NCBI GenBank assembly: GCA_964187785.1
Contig: OZ076409.1
Location: 29,762,001 to 29,826,000 of the forward strand
DNA length: 64,000 nucleotides
Reading direction: 5' to 3'
Origin: Amphiscolops sp. MND2022
Lineage: Eukaryota
Shown: positions 1 through 13,242 of the stretch, in pieces
Layout of the letters: every line of letters begins with the position of its first letter
Numbering within the stretch: the first letter of the stretch is position 1
Notes under the pieces: generated by a model
The model's database searches: none
Seen by the model: only the letters and a program-made list of their open reading frames with translations
What the model was told of the DNA's origin: nothing
Made by a program: the position numbers and the translations under genes

Positions 1-218
1 GCTTCAAATTACATCCTTACAATAAAATGAAGGACTGAAAAACCAAAGGTTGGAATCAGCTTCAACGCGTGTCACCTTTTTCTTTATACTTGTATTGATT
101 TCTGTGATTCCACCAAAAGGAACACTTTTCAGTTCCAGCAAAAAATCATGTCAAAAATTTTGTTACCAATTGCAAGGACCTACATTGACAATATTTACAA
201 TTTTGATGCACATGTTGT

Positions 219-375
219 CCCTAGTTGAAAAAAATACAAATCTTGCAAGAATCTTGCAAGATCTTGACAAAAAATACAAACCTTGCAAGATTGGTTCTGT
301 CAGAAAATACATTTCTTGCAAAAACCTGACAGAAAAAATATTTCTTGCAAGAATCTTGCAAGATTCTTGCAAGAT
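219..375. repeat. Cluster of palindromic TCTTGCAAGA repeats following a CCCTAGTTGAA terminus; probable end of a CACTA/CMC-like non-autonomous DNA transposon
   Basis: Many copies of the self-complementary decamer TCTTGCAAGA follow a CCC terminus. The architecture matches the element at 40425-41146. No matching right end was identified. Confidence 0.5.
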
Positions 376-730
376 ATACATCGAACCAAAATTTCCATGA
401 AACATTCGAAGTTGCGAATAGGGCGCGGCCATTTTGAATTTGAGTAGGGAAAACTACTTGCTTGTATTTCCTATCACATTTAAGTGTATTTCGTATCAAT
501 TATGCCCCATGAACATTGGGTTATGGTCAGAATAATTGTTCCGGTACTATTCCCATAGTCGAGACTATGTCTGGGCTCAATAGTACCGGATATAATAATA
601 GAAAAAGGGCTTTTCCCGGAAAGGGGGAATAAGATGCAACGGCATCTTGTGATCAATGAATTTTTGACAAATTTTCGAAAGTTTCGTTCAAAACTGACGT
701 GGCACCCAATCATGATTTTGGACAAGTACC

Positions 731-1351
731 TGTCAGCAGAAAGTGTAGAAAGACGGTTAAAGAAGACGCCCCGCTAAAAGAGAGCGTGACGAACGCGGAC
801 GAAGACATATAAAACAGCCAGAATTAACAAAAACCACGGTGTTTGTCTGCTGAAATCAGGGTTTTGCAGAGAAGAACCGAAAAACAGCATGACAGCCTGA
901 AGACTGTACCCGTGCACGGGGGTTGTGCCCAGCTCGAGCGCTGGTGCCATGCTGCCCGAATATCCACAGCTTTCGCTGAACTGGACTTCGTTATTATAAT
1001 TTGTGTACTTTTGTTGTGTGATTAATAATATGCTCGAGGGCTATTTTCTAGTTTGTCGCATTTATTCAGATTCCCCCTGGAGAAATTCAGTTATCTACGA
1101 CCTTGTTGTTTTTACAAGCTATCTACGCGGTGGTTGTGAGGAGAAAAAGCACAATGCCCGTAATTCCTAGCAAATACAGACTGGTATCAGGCCAGAGACG
1201 ATGCTTAGAGACGGTTCCCCCTCCTCGGGACCGGCTATCCTTAGGAGGACAAAGTGAGCTGATATCATGGTGGTTTGTCCCGGACCATATCCATGGTACC
1301 AGTTCCTCCATTCTACTGTTACAATACAATCACTCAGCGCTTGCCGTTACA
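731..1351 (+). mobile_element. Possible solo or partial LTR (BEL-like 3' end)
   Basis: TATA-like CATATAAAA near 806. The segment ends in GCCGTTACA, identical to the last 9 nt of the BEL LTRs at 31696 and 39369. The left boundary is uncertain and no TSD was found. Confidence 0.3.
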
Positions 1352-1538
1352 TGATCTATTATGTTGGAGGGAGCATGCTACGAGGACATTGTGGAACATG
1401 TTGAACACAACAATCTAGAAATTGGATATCTTGCTTGCTTTTCCCGGAATGAGATCTAACGGAGTACGATCTAAACCAATCAAATGTCTCTGAGCAAAGT
1501 TGAGGTTAAAATTTTGATCATAACCCATGTTGAGCACT

Positions 1539-2288
1539 CCCTGCGAATCTTACAGATCTGTACAGATCCTGACAAATATTCCGGGACTTGTCGAAAATTA
1601 CCGTCATATATACAGCTTTGAAATTGTCATTAATTGATTAAAAATTGCTCTAAAAGATAAACACTTCGCCTAATTGAAGTTTTAAAAAAGTTTCTGTACG
1701 ATTCAGAACAGATTTGTACAGATCCTGACAGATACACCAGGATTTGTCGAAAATCAACCATACGAAATTAACCAATAAAAGTCTATACCGTTTTCCAAGT
1801 ATCCAGCAATTACTAAAACTACTGCAGCAATCAATGTTCCCGAAATATTAGAACCATATCATTTCATCAACACCTCTATCAATCCAGACGATGGCCACAT
1901 ATCTAATTGCATCCACTAAAACGAATTCAATGAGTCAAACAAGCCTCTCAAAGTTGAACAACCACTTCTGGAAGTTTCAAGTGAAATGGATCAATTACCG
2001 TGTTCAATCAATACGTAACATTCCCCAGACACCAAAATTACCGTGACGGGGACAAGTTGTCTTGCTAGAACATTTTGAGTGATGGAGAGTTTCAACTGAC
2101 TGAGCTTTGGTCAGCTTAAATACTTGTTGAAGTAGCCCAAAAATGAAATACATTGTTTCATTAGAAAGTCCGGAAAAAAGTTTTTTGAAAAATATGTACC
2201 GAAAATCTTTGAACATCTATAAGGCTCCTTGTAGATCTGCCAGTTGTCTCTTTGTAGCAGTGGCACGATCTTTACAGATCCTCAAGGG
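1539..2288. mobile_element. Old MITE-like element with CCC termini and GATCTGTACAGATC-type palindromic repeats
   Basis: Left end CCCTGCGAATCTTACAGATC resembles the reverse complement of the right end, CCCTTGAGGATCTGTAAAGATC. The motif is repeated at ~1555, ~1711, ~2268 and ~2303. No clean TSD. Confidence 0.4.
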
Positions 2289-2417
2289 TATTAGGCTCAC
2301 ATATCTGTACAGATTCTGAAGGAAAACTTGTCATGCGAAGGCAGTTTACAGCTTTGAGATTTGAAGCGGATCAGTTGATATTTTTATTCCAATCACTGTC
2401 TCACTTCAATGTTGGTC

Positions 2418-2994
2418 TTTTTTAGTCGGCGCGTTTTCCTTTTGAGGAAAAATGCCCGACTATAGCAGTGACCTTTTTTTCTTCAGACTACAATCCTCAC
2501 ACTGATCGGTCCACTTTTCTCACAATTCTTAAAATCTTACAATTCTTACTTAGCAAATTTAAATAAAATACTTTAAAAGCTTGCGAAGTAGTATTTTTAC
2601 ATCATCTAAGAAACTCAAAGGGACCAAAGGAACTTAGAGTATTTTCGGCTCTGTGAGACTTTTTTTCGAAAAAAAATTTTCCCAAAGGGTCCCCCCTTCA
2701 ATTTTTTCGGAGTTTTCCGACAGAATGGATGTTGAAAAATCCCAAACGGTCCCCCTTTTCAGTTTTTTCGGCATTGTGAGACTTTTTAAAAAAAATTCAC
2801 CAAAAGTGCCCCTTCTTCAATTTTTTTGATGATTTGCGACAGAAAGGATGAAAAATTTCAAAGTGTCGCCTCTGGTGTGCCAATTCGGTTCAACTTTTGG
2901 GTTTTCCGGTACCGTAGAAGAGAATACTTGGAAGTCCTTTTGCTGTTTTTGAGCCTTAGATATGGCGCCTACTTGGGCCGTTCCCGAGCTTGTT
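2418..2994 (+). mobile_element. Helentron-associated non-autonomous element (HINE/DINE-1-like), copy A
   Basis: The 5' end TTTTTAGTCGGCGC...GCCCGACTA is a sub-terminal inverted repeat (subTIR) inside a hairpin. The 3' end has the complementary subTIR GGCGCCTACT, a small stem-loop and a terminal CTTGTT. Homologous copies occur elsewhere in the window. Confidence 0.65.
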
Positions 2995-4799
2995 CTTATT
3001 TGGTTCATATAAAATTCATCATTATAAAAATTTTTTGGATCTATGAAAGATCTTTTTCTCTGCCTCTACTATTTTATACGCATTTTTTTCTCGAATTGAC
3101 TTTTTGTTTTTAATTTTACGGTTCTGACAAAAAATTAGCTTTGGAAAAGATTATCAGAGAAAACCTGTAAGTACTTTTTAGAGTGCTCTAGTGTTTTTTC
3201 TAAGCCGTTTCGATCAATCCAGTTCCCGCCGTTCTCATCGTGGTCCATGAATGCTCCATGCAATTTCATGCTCGAAAGTCACATGCCCATGAATTTCCTC
3301 TCAGCATAGGCAATATTTGGAATACGTTGAATAAACTCTTGCGTAGAAATTTCAAATTTCTGTTTCCCTAAACATTCCCATACTCCTTCTGTTTACATAG
3401 TGATAATTTTCTATGAATGAGCAGGAATAACGTTTACATGCAAAAAAAAACAGAAATGATTGCCTGGATGCATTTATCTCGATGAGAAGTGAATTTCTGT
3501 TGATGAAGTGCACATTAAAACCAAGTTGCTTGCGTGAAAACTATGCAAAGTGAATTTTTGAGGTGCGTAATTGGAATATCTCTTTCATATTTTAAAACTC
3601 TCACTGCCACTGCATTACTCGAAACTGAAAAGGCCAACTTGAAAAAATATATATCAATCTAATATTGGATATAATATTTCTTTCAACAGCGGTGCCTGTT
3701 TGGGCGCTTTTTGGCTATTTTGTCTCCGTCTAACACTGGCATTACAATTGATTGCGTCTCCCAAATGCCATTGTCAGGTACTCATCAAGGGAAAATATCG
3801 ATCTGAGAAAAGAACCTTGCTCCTTCCAGTCTAATTACTTGATTGACAGATCATCTTCATTAAAACCAACGGTGTTTTTGACAATGGGTCTGGGATCTCT
3901 GACTGCAAGTGAAGCGACTGAGCATTTGAAAGGATGGTTCCTGAATACATCAAAAATTTACAGTGGAATGTCTAAAAATGCTGACTATATTGACATGACA
4001 TGGCTAGGCTCTATAAGTGTGCAAGAGTAAAGCAGTTTCATCAGACGGGACGGGCGGTGGACCAACAAAACCCTCGGTAAGGTATTTAGATCTCTATCTC
4101 GACTTAGTCTCTAAGCTATCATACGTTGAAATGCTTCAGAAAAAGTAATCCAATTTATTCCTTATTTTTGATGTTCAGTTTTCTTCTTTTTGGCAAAGAT
4201 ACTCAGTGAAAAAATTCAGAATCATATAACGCAATACAATTTGGATTTAAATAGCTATTTTCTTGTTTTATAGTTAATTAGATTTGCAAAACACAAAAAT
4301 ATATTTCATTGCATCAAAGCTTGTTTTATCAACTTACAAGATCAAAACAATGAATTAATGATATTTCGTTTGTGCTTCAATTGGAACAGGTAAAAGCAGA
4401 GGTAACAGATTTACACGAACTCGCACTTACATTTTACTACAAAAATTTCTTCAGAAAAGGCTTCATATCTCAAAGATTGCTGTAAGGATTTTTAATTTAT
4501 TATATTTTATTCATTTCCGTATCATTTTTTCTCTAGTTGAAACTGCTTGAACTTTATGCGTTTTTTTGAAGGATGCCAAACAAATTTTGTCGTCAGTTTA
4601 TGAAAAAAAGTCTTTTATTTTGCTGAGAAAAATTTCCATTGCATTTTTTGGAAGCAATGAGAATCCACGAAGTTTTGTACGTCGTCATATACATGAAATT
4701 TAATTGGAAATGCAGATTAAACTTTATCAATTTTAAAGCTAATCTAATGCAAGTTAACTTCAGCAACTTTATCAAGTTTAAATTACCAAGTAGATTATG

Positions 4800-5220
4800 T
4801 GTAACGGCACCCTCTTCTACAGCAAAATCAGTTAAAATTTTCTGAAAAATTTCATTCCGATGTGTGCCGTGGAAATAGGCATGCGAATGCTCGTTTCGCT
4901 GTTTCTTCCATTTTCAATGCAAATCGAGGACGAGAGCAGACCGAGCGGGAAGGAGGAGCCTGAGAGCTCAGACAGACTGTAAAAACTCTTAGAAAGACTC
5001 TTTTTGATGTGCTAGCCCCAGTTTTTATTGAACTTCAGCATGATTGGCGAAAACCCATATGAAATGCTACTGGGAGAGTGCTGGATTGCGATGTAATTGC
5101 CTATTCTGTCCTACTTTTAGTTTGAGGCGTACTCCATAGTTCCAAAAATAAAATATAAAGGGAGTTTAGCATCATCTATGTGAGACGTGTGTTTTTTGTG
5201 AGAAGTTTTCAGTGTTTGTA
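4800..5220 (-). mobile_element. Old LTR-like fragment (minus strand), related to the fragment at 11954-12065
   Basis: Both fragments begin TGTAACGGCA, the reverse complement of a ...TGCCGTTACA LTR end, and align over ~110 bp with many mismatches. The right boundary is uncertain. Confidence 0.4.
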
Positions 5221-5222
5221 GT

Positions 5223-5845
5223 AACAAGAGGGGAACGTCTAAAGTCGGCGCTATATCTAAGGCTCAAGAAGCGCAAAGTTTTCTAAATATGCTCAGGACG
5301 TATTCATGAAAAGCTTTGAAAACACTTTCGAGACACCCAAAGTGTGCCTTTCATGCTCGATATGACTGGAAAATCACTGTTCCCCGACTGGGAACAAAAT
5401 AAAATTTGAAAATTTTTTTGAAATTTTTTTTTTGAAAAAAACTTCGAAAATGTCGCATAGTGGCGAAAAATGAAAAGGGTTGACCCTTTGAGATTCATTA
5501 ACATACATTCTGTTGAAAAATATCGAAAAACTCCAAGGGGGGACTCTTTTGAGACCATAAAAAATGTTCGAAAAAAATTTCGCACAGTGCCGAAAAAAAC
5601 TGAAAGGGGGACCCTTTGGTCTCTTCCGGTTTTGTAGGTTACGTAAAAAAGTTAAAAAATGAAAGAAGGACCCTTTGCACTAAGTTTCCATTGTAGTAGT
5701 AGTCTTAGCCTGAGTAGTCTTATCAGTTTCTGTAAAAAGTGGTACATACGCGATGAGCTCTGTGGTCTGACGAAAAAAAAAGAAAGAAACTAGCAACTGT
5801 AATAGTCGGGCTTTTTTCCTTAAAGGAAAAAGCGCCGACTAAAAA
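5223..5845 (-). mobile_element. HINE/DINE-1-like element, copy B (inverted)
   Basis: AACAAG...AAAGTCGGCGCTATATCTAAGGCTCAA at the left. Hairpin TAGTCGGGC-TTTTTTCCTTAAAGGAAAAA-GCGCCGACTAAAAA at the right. Confidence 0.7.
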
Positions 5846-6579
5846 TAGGGCGTGGGAGTAGAGACCGCATAGGAAACATCATTTTCAGTGCTAAGAAATC
5901 AGGAAAACGCACTGAAAAGCACGATTTCCGACTGAAACCTGACTGTCTTAATATCAGGGTCGGATCATCGATTCGATACCCCTACCTTGAATGTGGTTGC
6001 ATCTTCACACCTACCGCAAAAAAAACGGTGGTGCCAAAAACTTGGTGGGCGGACCGTGCATCAAAGTCGAGAAAAACTCTGACGTTTCGATCTCAGAAAG
6101 TTGAAAAAGAGCCAACAAATCCAAAACTGCAGGACTGACGGTGCCTCATACCTAACGGGCACAGCTAATTGGGGGCTAATTCTGGAGCTACGGCCAATGA
6201 GGCAACGCGTTAGTTCTATCTTGCCTCTTTTGACGGTTCTTGGAGTGACATTCATAGGCAATTTGTGAACAAAGTGATAAAAGACACAGTTTTTTTCGAA
6301 AGTACTAACTGTACCCGGTCGGATCATCAATTAAGACTTCGAGCTTTCATCGGATTATTGGAACAGCAGTCTTGGCGCTTGCTGGCAGTGACTACCAGGT
6401 TTGGTGTTGATTGATCCTGTACTCGTTGGGAAGTTGACGAAAACACACTGCACAAAAAGGTGAGCAAAAGGCGGTTTATTGGAGTTGTCTGAACACCTTA
6501 GTCAACGATAATGCCAAATTGCTGCCCACCTTTGTACTTGATGCCAATTGATGCCAAAAAAAAGCTTGCTAGCGATTTC

Positions 6580-7900
6580 GCTGGACGGCAGTTTTGGAAA
6601 GCGTGCAGCGTAATCCACTAACAAATGCTATTACGTTGCAGTCGATTCCACTCTTTTGGCGATTTTTCTGCAGTGAATTTCGCTGCAAAGCATTGGATTC
6701 CACTATCAAATACCTAAAACATTCGGATCTTGCTGTGGATTCCACTAAACACTGTCGTGGATTCCACTGAACGCTGCAGTGGACTCCACCGATGGCCGCA
6801 GTGGACTCCACCGATAGCCGCAGTGGAATTCACTATCGGTTGCAATGGACTCCACTGCATTGTTTTAGTGGAATTCCTTCACGAATTCAGTTTTGAGAAT
6901 GAGAAACTTTTTCAGAATAAGCAAGTGTCACAAAAAGAAGGATTCAGAATTTCTTCATTTGGCAAATTACTCCTAGAGGGTTTTTGTCAATCAAGCACCG
7001 TTTTACCGCTTTAGTTTGACTGTTATTTTTTCATACTTTGATTGAATCATAGTGGGCATCAAAACTTCACACACAGTTCCTGCTAGTTACCTAGTTATAC
7101 ACACATACCTTTAGGTATAACTCGTTTTCATTTTTCATTTACCTCATGGTGGATACCAAAATTTGGTTCCCAAAAACTCACTTCAAGCATACTTCCAAGC
7201 TGACTGCAACGGAGACCTTATCAATTCTACATCAAATTTCATACATTCGCCGATTGCTTCACAGAATTTGTATGAATTTGACCTGAAACAAACAAAAATA
7301 AAAAAGTCTGGAAAAGAAAAACATCAATAGCTGTAAGAAGTAGCAAATACCGACTTTATATATCTAATAATAATAAATTAATAATAACAAAAAATTTATA
7401 TAATTTATTATAACAGGTGTGGGGGGACAAAACAAAAGGTCCAAAAAGTCTTGTTTCGGCTTGAAAATTTGCAAGAAGGGTTTTAGAAAGTTATTATTTA
7501 TGTTTCATTGATCTGTCCTTTCGAAGAAACTTGCAGTGGATTCCACTTCAGCTTACAGTGGATTAAACTTTGGCTTGGAACAGTCAATTCCACTCGTTTT
7601 GTAGTCAATTCCACATGTTGAAAAGTGGAATCGACTGTAGGCCAAAGTAGAATCGACTGTAAGCCAAAGTGGAATCCACTGTAAGCTGAAGTGGAATCCA
7701 CTGCAAGTTTCAGCGAATTTCGCTGAAAGTTGAAATAAGCTGACGCGATTGGTTCAATCAGTTGGCAGTGAAAAGCAGTGGATTTCGGTGCACACATTTT
7801 TGTACATCAGCTAGATATGTTAGTGAAATCCAAAACAGGCTACAGCGGAATCCAATGAAAATCAATGAAATACATGTTTAATAATACGTCAGTGGAGTTC
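6580..7900. repeat. Two clusters (about 6580-6880 and 7530-7900) of quasi-palindromic AGTGGA(A/T)TCCACT repeats; probable subterminal repeats of a DNA transposon
   Basis: Numerous degenerate copies of GTGGATTCCAC / GTGGAATCCAC in two blocks separated by ~650 bp of unique sequence. Confidence 0.6.
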
Positions 7901-10900
7901 GGTGACTTAATAGCACAAAAGTTTGCTAACCCACTTTTGGCACTATAATGTTTCTGGTGTGAGCACGATCAAACGGATCAATAAAAAAAGATAGACAAAA
8001 CGAGCCTCCGACCTGTGGCTGGAGCCTAAAACCTCAATTCTGAACTCATGTTTAGGGTCAGTGCATCAGTCGTGAAGTGCTGTATACGTTTAGCACGCTG
8101 CGACCTTTGGAACTATATTCGACACTTCTTGGACGTGCATTGCTTCAATTTAATTTAAGGTTTCGCCGAGACGAAAACTCGGAAATTGGATAAGAAGCTA
8201 GATCTACGTGTTGAAAATCATGTGAGTCCCTGAGCGTGAACCCATGATTGTACTTGTAAAAATTGATCAGTATCGATTGCGCCTCGCTGGATCATAGTAT
8301 TTTGTTACATTTGTGATATCTTGTGTTTTGCAACGAATGGGACCATTTTTTGGGAATCTTATTGGTGCACCTTTTTGAAAAATTGGGATTACATTGATCT
8401 GAACCCTTGGTATCAGTGCCAGTTAGTGTACCATGGTTGAAAAACTGCTAGCTCTGCACTGTGGACGAGAGACTTGGATTGCACGTGAAAAGTTTTGCCT
8501 ACTAAAACACGGTAAAACTGAACAGATCTAAATCTCGTCAAACGGCCTGAGTCAGAATTGGTGATTGTTGCACTAAATCTGGCTATATGTGGGACAACGT
8601 GACCAATTTTGAGCCCAATATTTTGTTTGTAGCAGTTGAACGAGCCACTTGAGTGTTTTTTTAAAAAAATAGAAAATTCCAGAGGTCGGTCAAAAAGACT
8701 CTAGCTTGTAACTGAATGCAATTATCAGCTTCGGAAGGATACTTCTCAAACCTATATGACTGACTAGATGTGCTGTGTAGTTCCTGCCCAGTTTGACTGA
8801 TAGAACTGAGGTTTACTGTGCTCAGACACGCATTTGGACAGAACCCTTGAAAACCATCATGAATCAAACAACATGAAAAATTAATTATTCCCAATTACAA
8901 AAGGCAGAGACAAAAGGCCTTCATATTCAAACCAAAAGGACCTGGTAGGTCTTCCTGGATGCAAACGAGACCAATCCTGCGATTCAAAAAAATTGCCCGC
9001 AGGGTCATAAATTGTTTAGTCAACTAAGGCAGGAAAATGTGATCCTGATAAAATCTCAATCGTGGTCATAAGTGCCTACTAAGCACTTCCGACTGACGTT
9101 TTCAAGGAGGACTGATCCTGGCGTTACGCCATGATGTTCAACAGGATTTTGAACATCAAATAACCTGCCAGAAGCATCAGACTTAACAGATGTTATCGAG
9201 ATTTTAGGAGGAGCAACCTCCTAGCGAAAAAATGTTGATCAGATTGCTCGAGTGTAAAACCATTTTGACCGCTTTATTTTGCCAATTTGGTGGTATTCTG
9301 CAGTGTCAAGTAGCATATCCAACTAATATTTCGTCAGTTTTGCGGAAAACACATTTGGGTGATTGCAACTTCCCCGAGCTCCTTGAGGTTGAGAGGTCAA
9401 ACGACAACTCGACTGTTAGTTTGGTTCACACTGCCCAACACTACTGCAGCAATTTGCTCACGCAAATTTTTTTAGCCAAGGAGTAGCGTGAAAGGTGTGG
9501 AGCAAGTTTCAGCACGCTGTGACCGCTAGAGCTTCTTCTGACCTAAACAATGAGACCAATTTTGGGTACAAAAACACTTGGTGAAGCAGTTGGGATCTAT
9601 ATCAAGCTGAAATGAAATGTTGGAAGGACTTCGACAGCCTCAGCTCATTTTTTAAGGGGGAAAGTGTGCTGGTGCAGCGCAACCATTGAATGAACCAATT
9701 TTGGATGCTGAAAATGAGTCCCAAATGATAGATGGACATGGCCGATCACTGAAGGTAGATTTGATTGGTAGGATCTGATTTTGAAAGACTAACCAATGGA
9801 TGATAATTTCTTAGCGTTTTTTAGACTCGATTCCATGTAGCTCGCGGTCTACCGAGCCAGAGAGCAACATAAGGGCTGCCAGACTTAGTTCAGTAGCGTC
9901 GTCTCGAGAAGGTCTTCTCTTCAAAGAACCAGTTTTCGGAAAATTAAGGCATAGGACCAACATTTAGAGGCCCTGGAGCACCGCATGGATGAGGTATCAG
10001 TCTTGTTGGTGCAAAGCGGGTTACGCAGGGAGGAACTTCTAGCACGAGCGCTAGCACAATTGCGGTCGATAAGTGCAGCTGTGGAAGCACAATCAGAGCA
10101 CCACTAGGAACATTCCAAACGACGCTGAAGTAGAACCAATGGCCTACAGGGCCTACAATAGGCATGGAAGACCCAAAATCTCTGGACACTATAACTGTGG
10201 CATTGCAAATGATTTGGCATTGCCTGATATCACGCCGGTAATAATGGATTGCTCGAGAGCAACCCCGCAAAAAGCAACCCCACACGAACTATGTCCAAAT
10301 AGGAACCTGACTCTCGAGTTTTTTTTGAAAGCTGGATGATGCGGTACTTTCAACTCCAAATTCCTGCTCTGCAACAATTTTTGGATTAAAAATTCTACCT
10401 TTCAATAATTTGTTAAAAGCTAAACCAGCATCAGCACCAAACCTTCTTGAAGACCATTTACCGACAGCTCCAGTGGATTCAATTTGCAAATCAAACTCTC
10501 CCGGAACAAAGTCCCTAATATCAACTTTGCAGTTGCTGCCGACTTTGATGGAAGAATTTCTTGAGACACCCTCTGCTCAGTGTGTGCTGAAGATTTTGTT
10601 CCTGATGTCATGGTTGCCTGGTGGTTTCGCTCCAACTCGACCAGATGGAGATACACGTTGTCGACAACCGCGCTCATTCACTGAACATTCATGGCAAGGT
10701 GTGTCGCTGTCCCTCTAAGATTGTGTCTACCACGCTCACCCACACAAACCCTTCTACTACAATGATCGAAGGTGCACGTATCCCGATCTTGAGACAGACT
10801 GTTCTGTTGGGCATTCAATTAGGCCCACTCACTGCTACCATCGTGTCAAAAAGGGTGACAATTGCCAAGGCCCGGGGGTCGACTCAGGCCCGTGAGTCCT

Positions 10901-13242
10901 AGTTGAGGATGATAACAGCCCCGTCAACAACAATTCAAACAATTCAAAGGGAGAACGCTCGGAGGATATCACCACGTTTGGCAATGAACACTTGGCAACG
11001 CGACGTTTTCGTACAGGCAGTTACTTCGTGAAACGTCGTCAAAATTTTGTTTTTATGCTTCTTCGAGAAGTCTGAATTAGAATACCTCTACAAATGCAAT
11101 AAGTAACCCCAAAGCACTAAAAATTTTACATGTGTCGCTTCGACCAAAAGGTGCTATTTTTGACTTTTTCTCGCGTAATTTTGCCAGGATTTTCCAGTTT
11201 TCTCCTGATTTCATTGTGATACTCAAAAATTCGGCGCCCGCGTGCACCAGATATTTGAACTGCAGGATTTCGTCTATCTTTGCCTGCTTTACTACGGGAC
11301 TTACTCTTACGAGCAGTTCGTAGTTTGCTTATGATGCACGCCTTAACAGATGCCACTGAACTCTATACAGGTATGGAGCTGCACATCAGTGAGTGTTGCC
11401 CAAACCAGGAACTGTAAACAAAAAAGTATCGAAAAACAATTTCGCTTCCTTTTAAACAGTGGTTTTTCCACTGGAAAGAAGTTTCAACGAAAACAACTTT
11501 TAACGGTGCTGCATCCTGAAATTTTTCTGCCGTGGAAAATAATTTTTTATGAGAACTGCGTGCGCCGTGGAGCTTACAGGCTCTGTAAAAAAAATTTAAA
11601 CGTCCAAAACAAAGTACGAGCCAGATTCTATTCAAATTTGGTGCAGAAAACTCTTGCTAACAAATTGGTGCTCTTTGATTGATGTATGGATTTTTGGATT
11701 TGATCAATTTCAATATGCGTTTTTGACTGCTCGATTTCTACAGTTGGTGGACAATGAATGCTTTGTGGACGGAGCAAGAAGGAACAATGAAGAAGCAAGA
11801 CCTCAAGGAAGCCCAATAAACGAAAGATGACGGTGCCACTGTACTCTTGCGACAACACCTTGCTTAAACTCCCAGTGAATTCCAAAGATGATGTGTAGAT
11901 GTATTCAAGGTCAGCTTCTCCGCAGGACGTCATGCCTACGACGCGAGGAGTGATGTAACGGCAGCCTCTGGTACAGCAAAATCAATCGAAATTTTCTGAA
12001 AATTTCTAATTCGATTTGTGACATGGCATTAGGCGTATGATTGCTCTTTTCGCTTGTTCCCAAGCAGGCTTGCGAATTTTTCCATGTTTTGAAAAAAAGC
12101 TATGTCTGTGCGAAAGCACCATGGAAAACTACACAGTAGATTCCGCTGAGGTTTTTAATAGCCGCGATAATCGTATGGATGAGCTTTATCAAAGACTCTC
12201 AAAAATTGCCAAATTTCATTGAAGCAGCATAATTGCAATTACACATTCCTACGACGTTTTTTGCACAATTTTCGTTCTGATGCCAAGAAGACATCGAAAC
12301 TGAATTGTTGAAAAACTATCCAGAATCAGTTTTCTTCATATTCGAAGGAGCTTCTTTCAGTCTGTTTTTGAAAGATTTTCTGAAGCTGTTATGATGACCG
12401 CTATTTCTAGCCATTTCAAGTGTTTTTCTTCAAGTTCAGAGTCTTAAAATGATTTTATAGGTTGCTTGTGGATCCAATATTTGTAGCTCTGAGTATCCTC
12501 TAGCTAGAAGGTTTCTAGCTGACGCTTTTCCACAAATTAACTCTCCTGAAGAAAAGTTTGGCATAAATGGAGCGTCACTCGGGACGCTTCCAGAGGAATT
12601 TCAGATCTCAAACAAATTACCATGAAAATGATAACTGATACTTGCACCGTCAAAAACAGGCAAAAATGGTCTAAAAAGAGTGTTCATATTTCTCGGAAAG
12701 CGAAAGGATTGCTTGCGATTGATTGCAACCGATTGATCGCAAAATTAATGATTTTTAGATTGTAAGAATGTTTAGTTGCTTATTTATTTTTAGCAATCTG
12801 ATTTTTTTAACTTTTATCAATTTTGTTGCGGAGATTTGTCTTTTGACTAAAGGTAATGTCAGTTTACTTGAATATTTTGACAACACCAAAACTTGCAGGT
12901 GTACGTACAACTGACACAAATTCCTCTTGTTTGATAGTCATCTTTCAGGTCATGGCACAGGTCATTATGACGCAACCGTGTGCCATGACGTAATCCTTGA
13001 GGCTTATCATCTTCAGGTGCAGGTGGTTTGTGCTCTACTTCAAGCGAATCGGAGATTGAAGGAATCGGATTACCAATTTTGATGTCAGGCTTATAAATCA
13101 CATGCAACGACCAAGATTCCTCAGATCTTCCTTGAATTTTGCAAAAAAGCCAGATTACAAAACTTACACAAAATATTCAAAAAATTTTAACTGACGACTT
13201 GAGTCTTCTGGTTCGTTTCAAGCACTTTCCTGTAAACGGTTT

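Noticed and set aside
12859..13230. Possible minus-strand host exons next to the Gypsy LTR
   Set aside because: Splice-like signals exist, but I could not join them into a consistent open frame or recognise the peptide.
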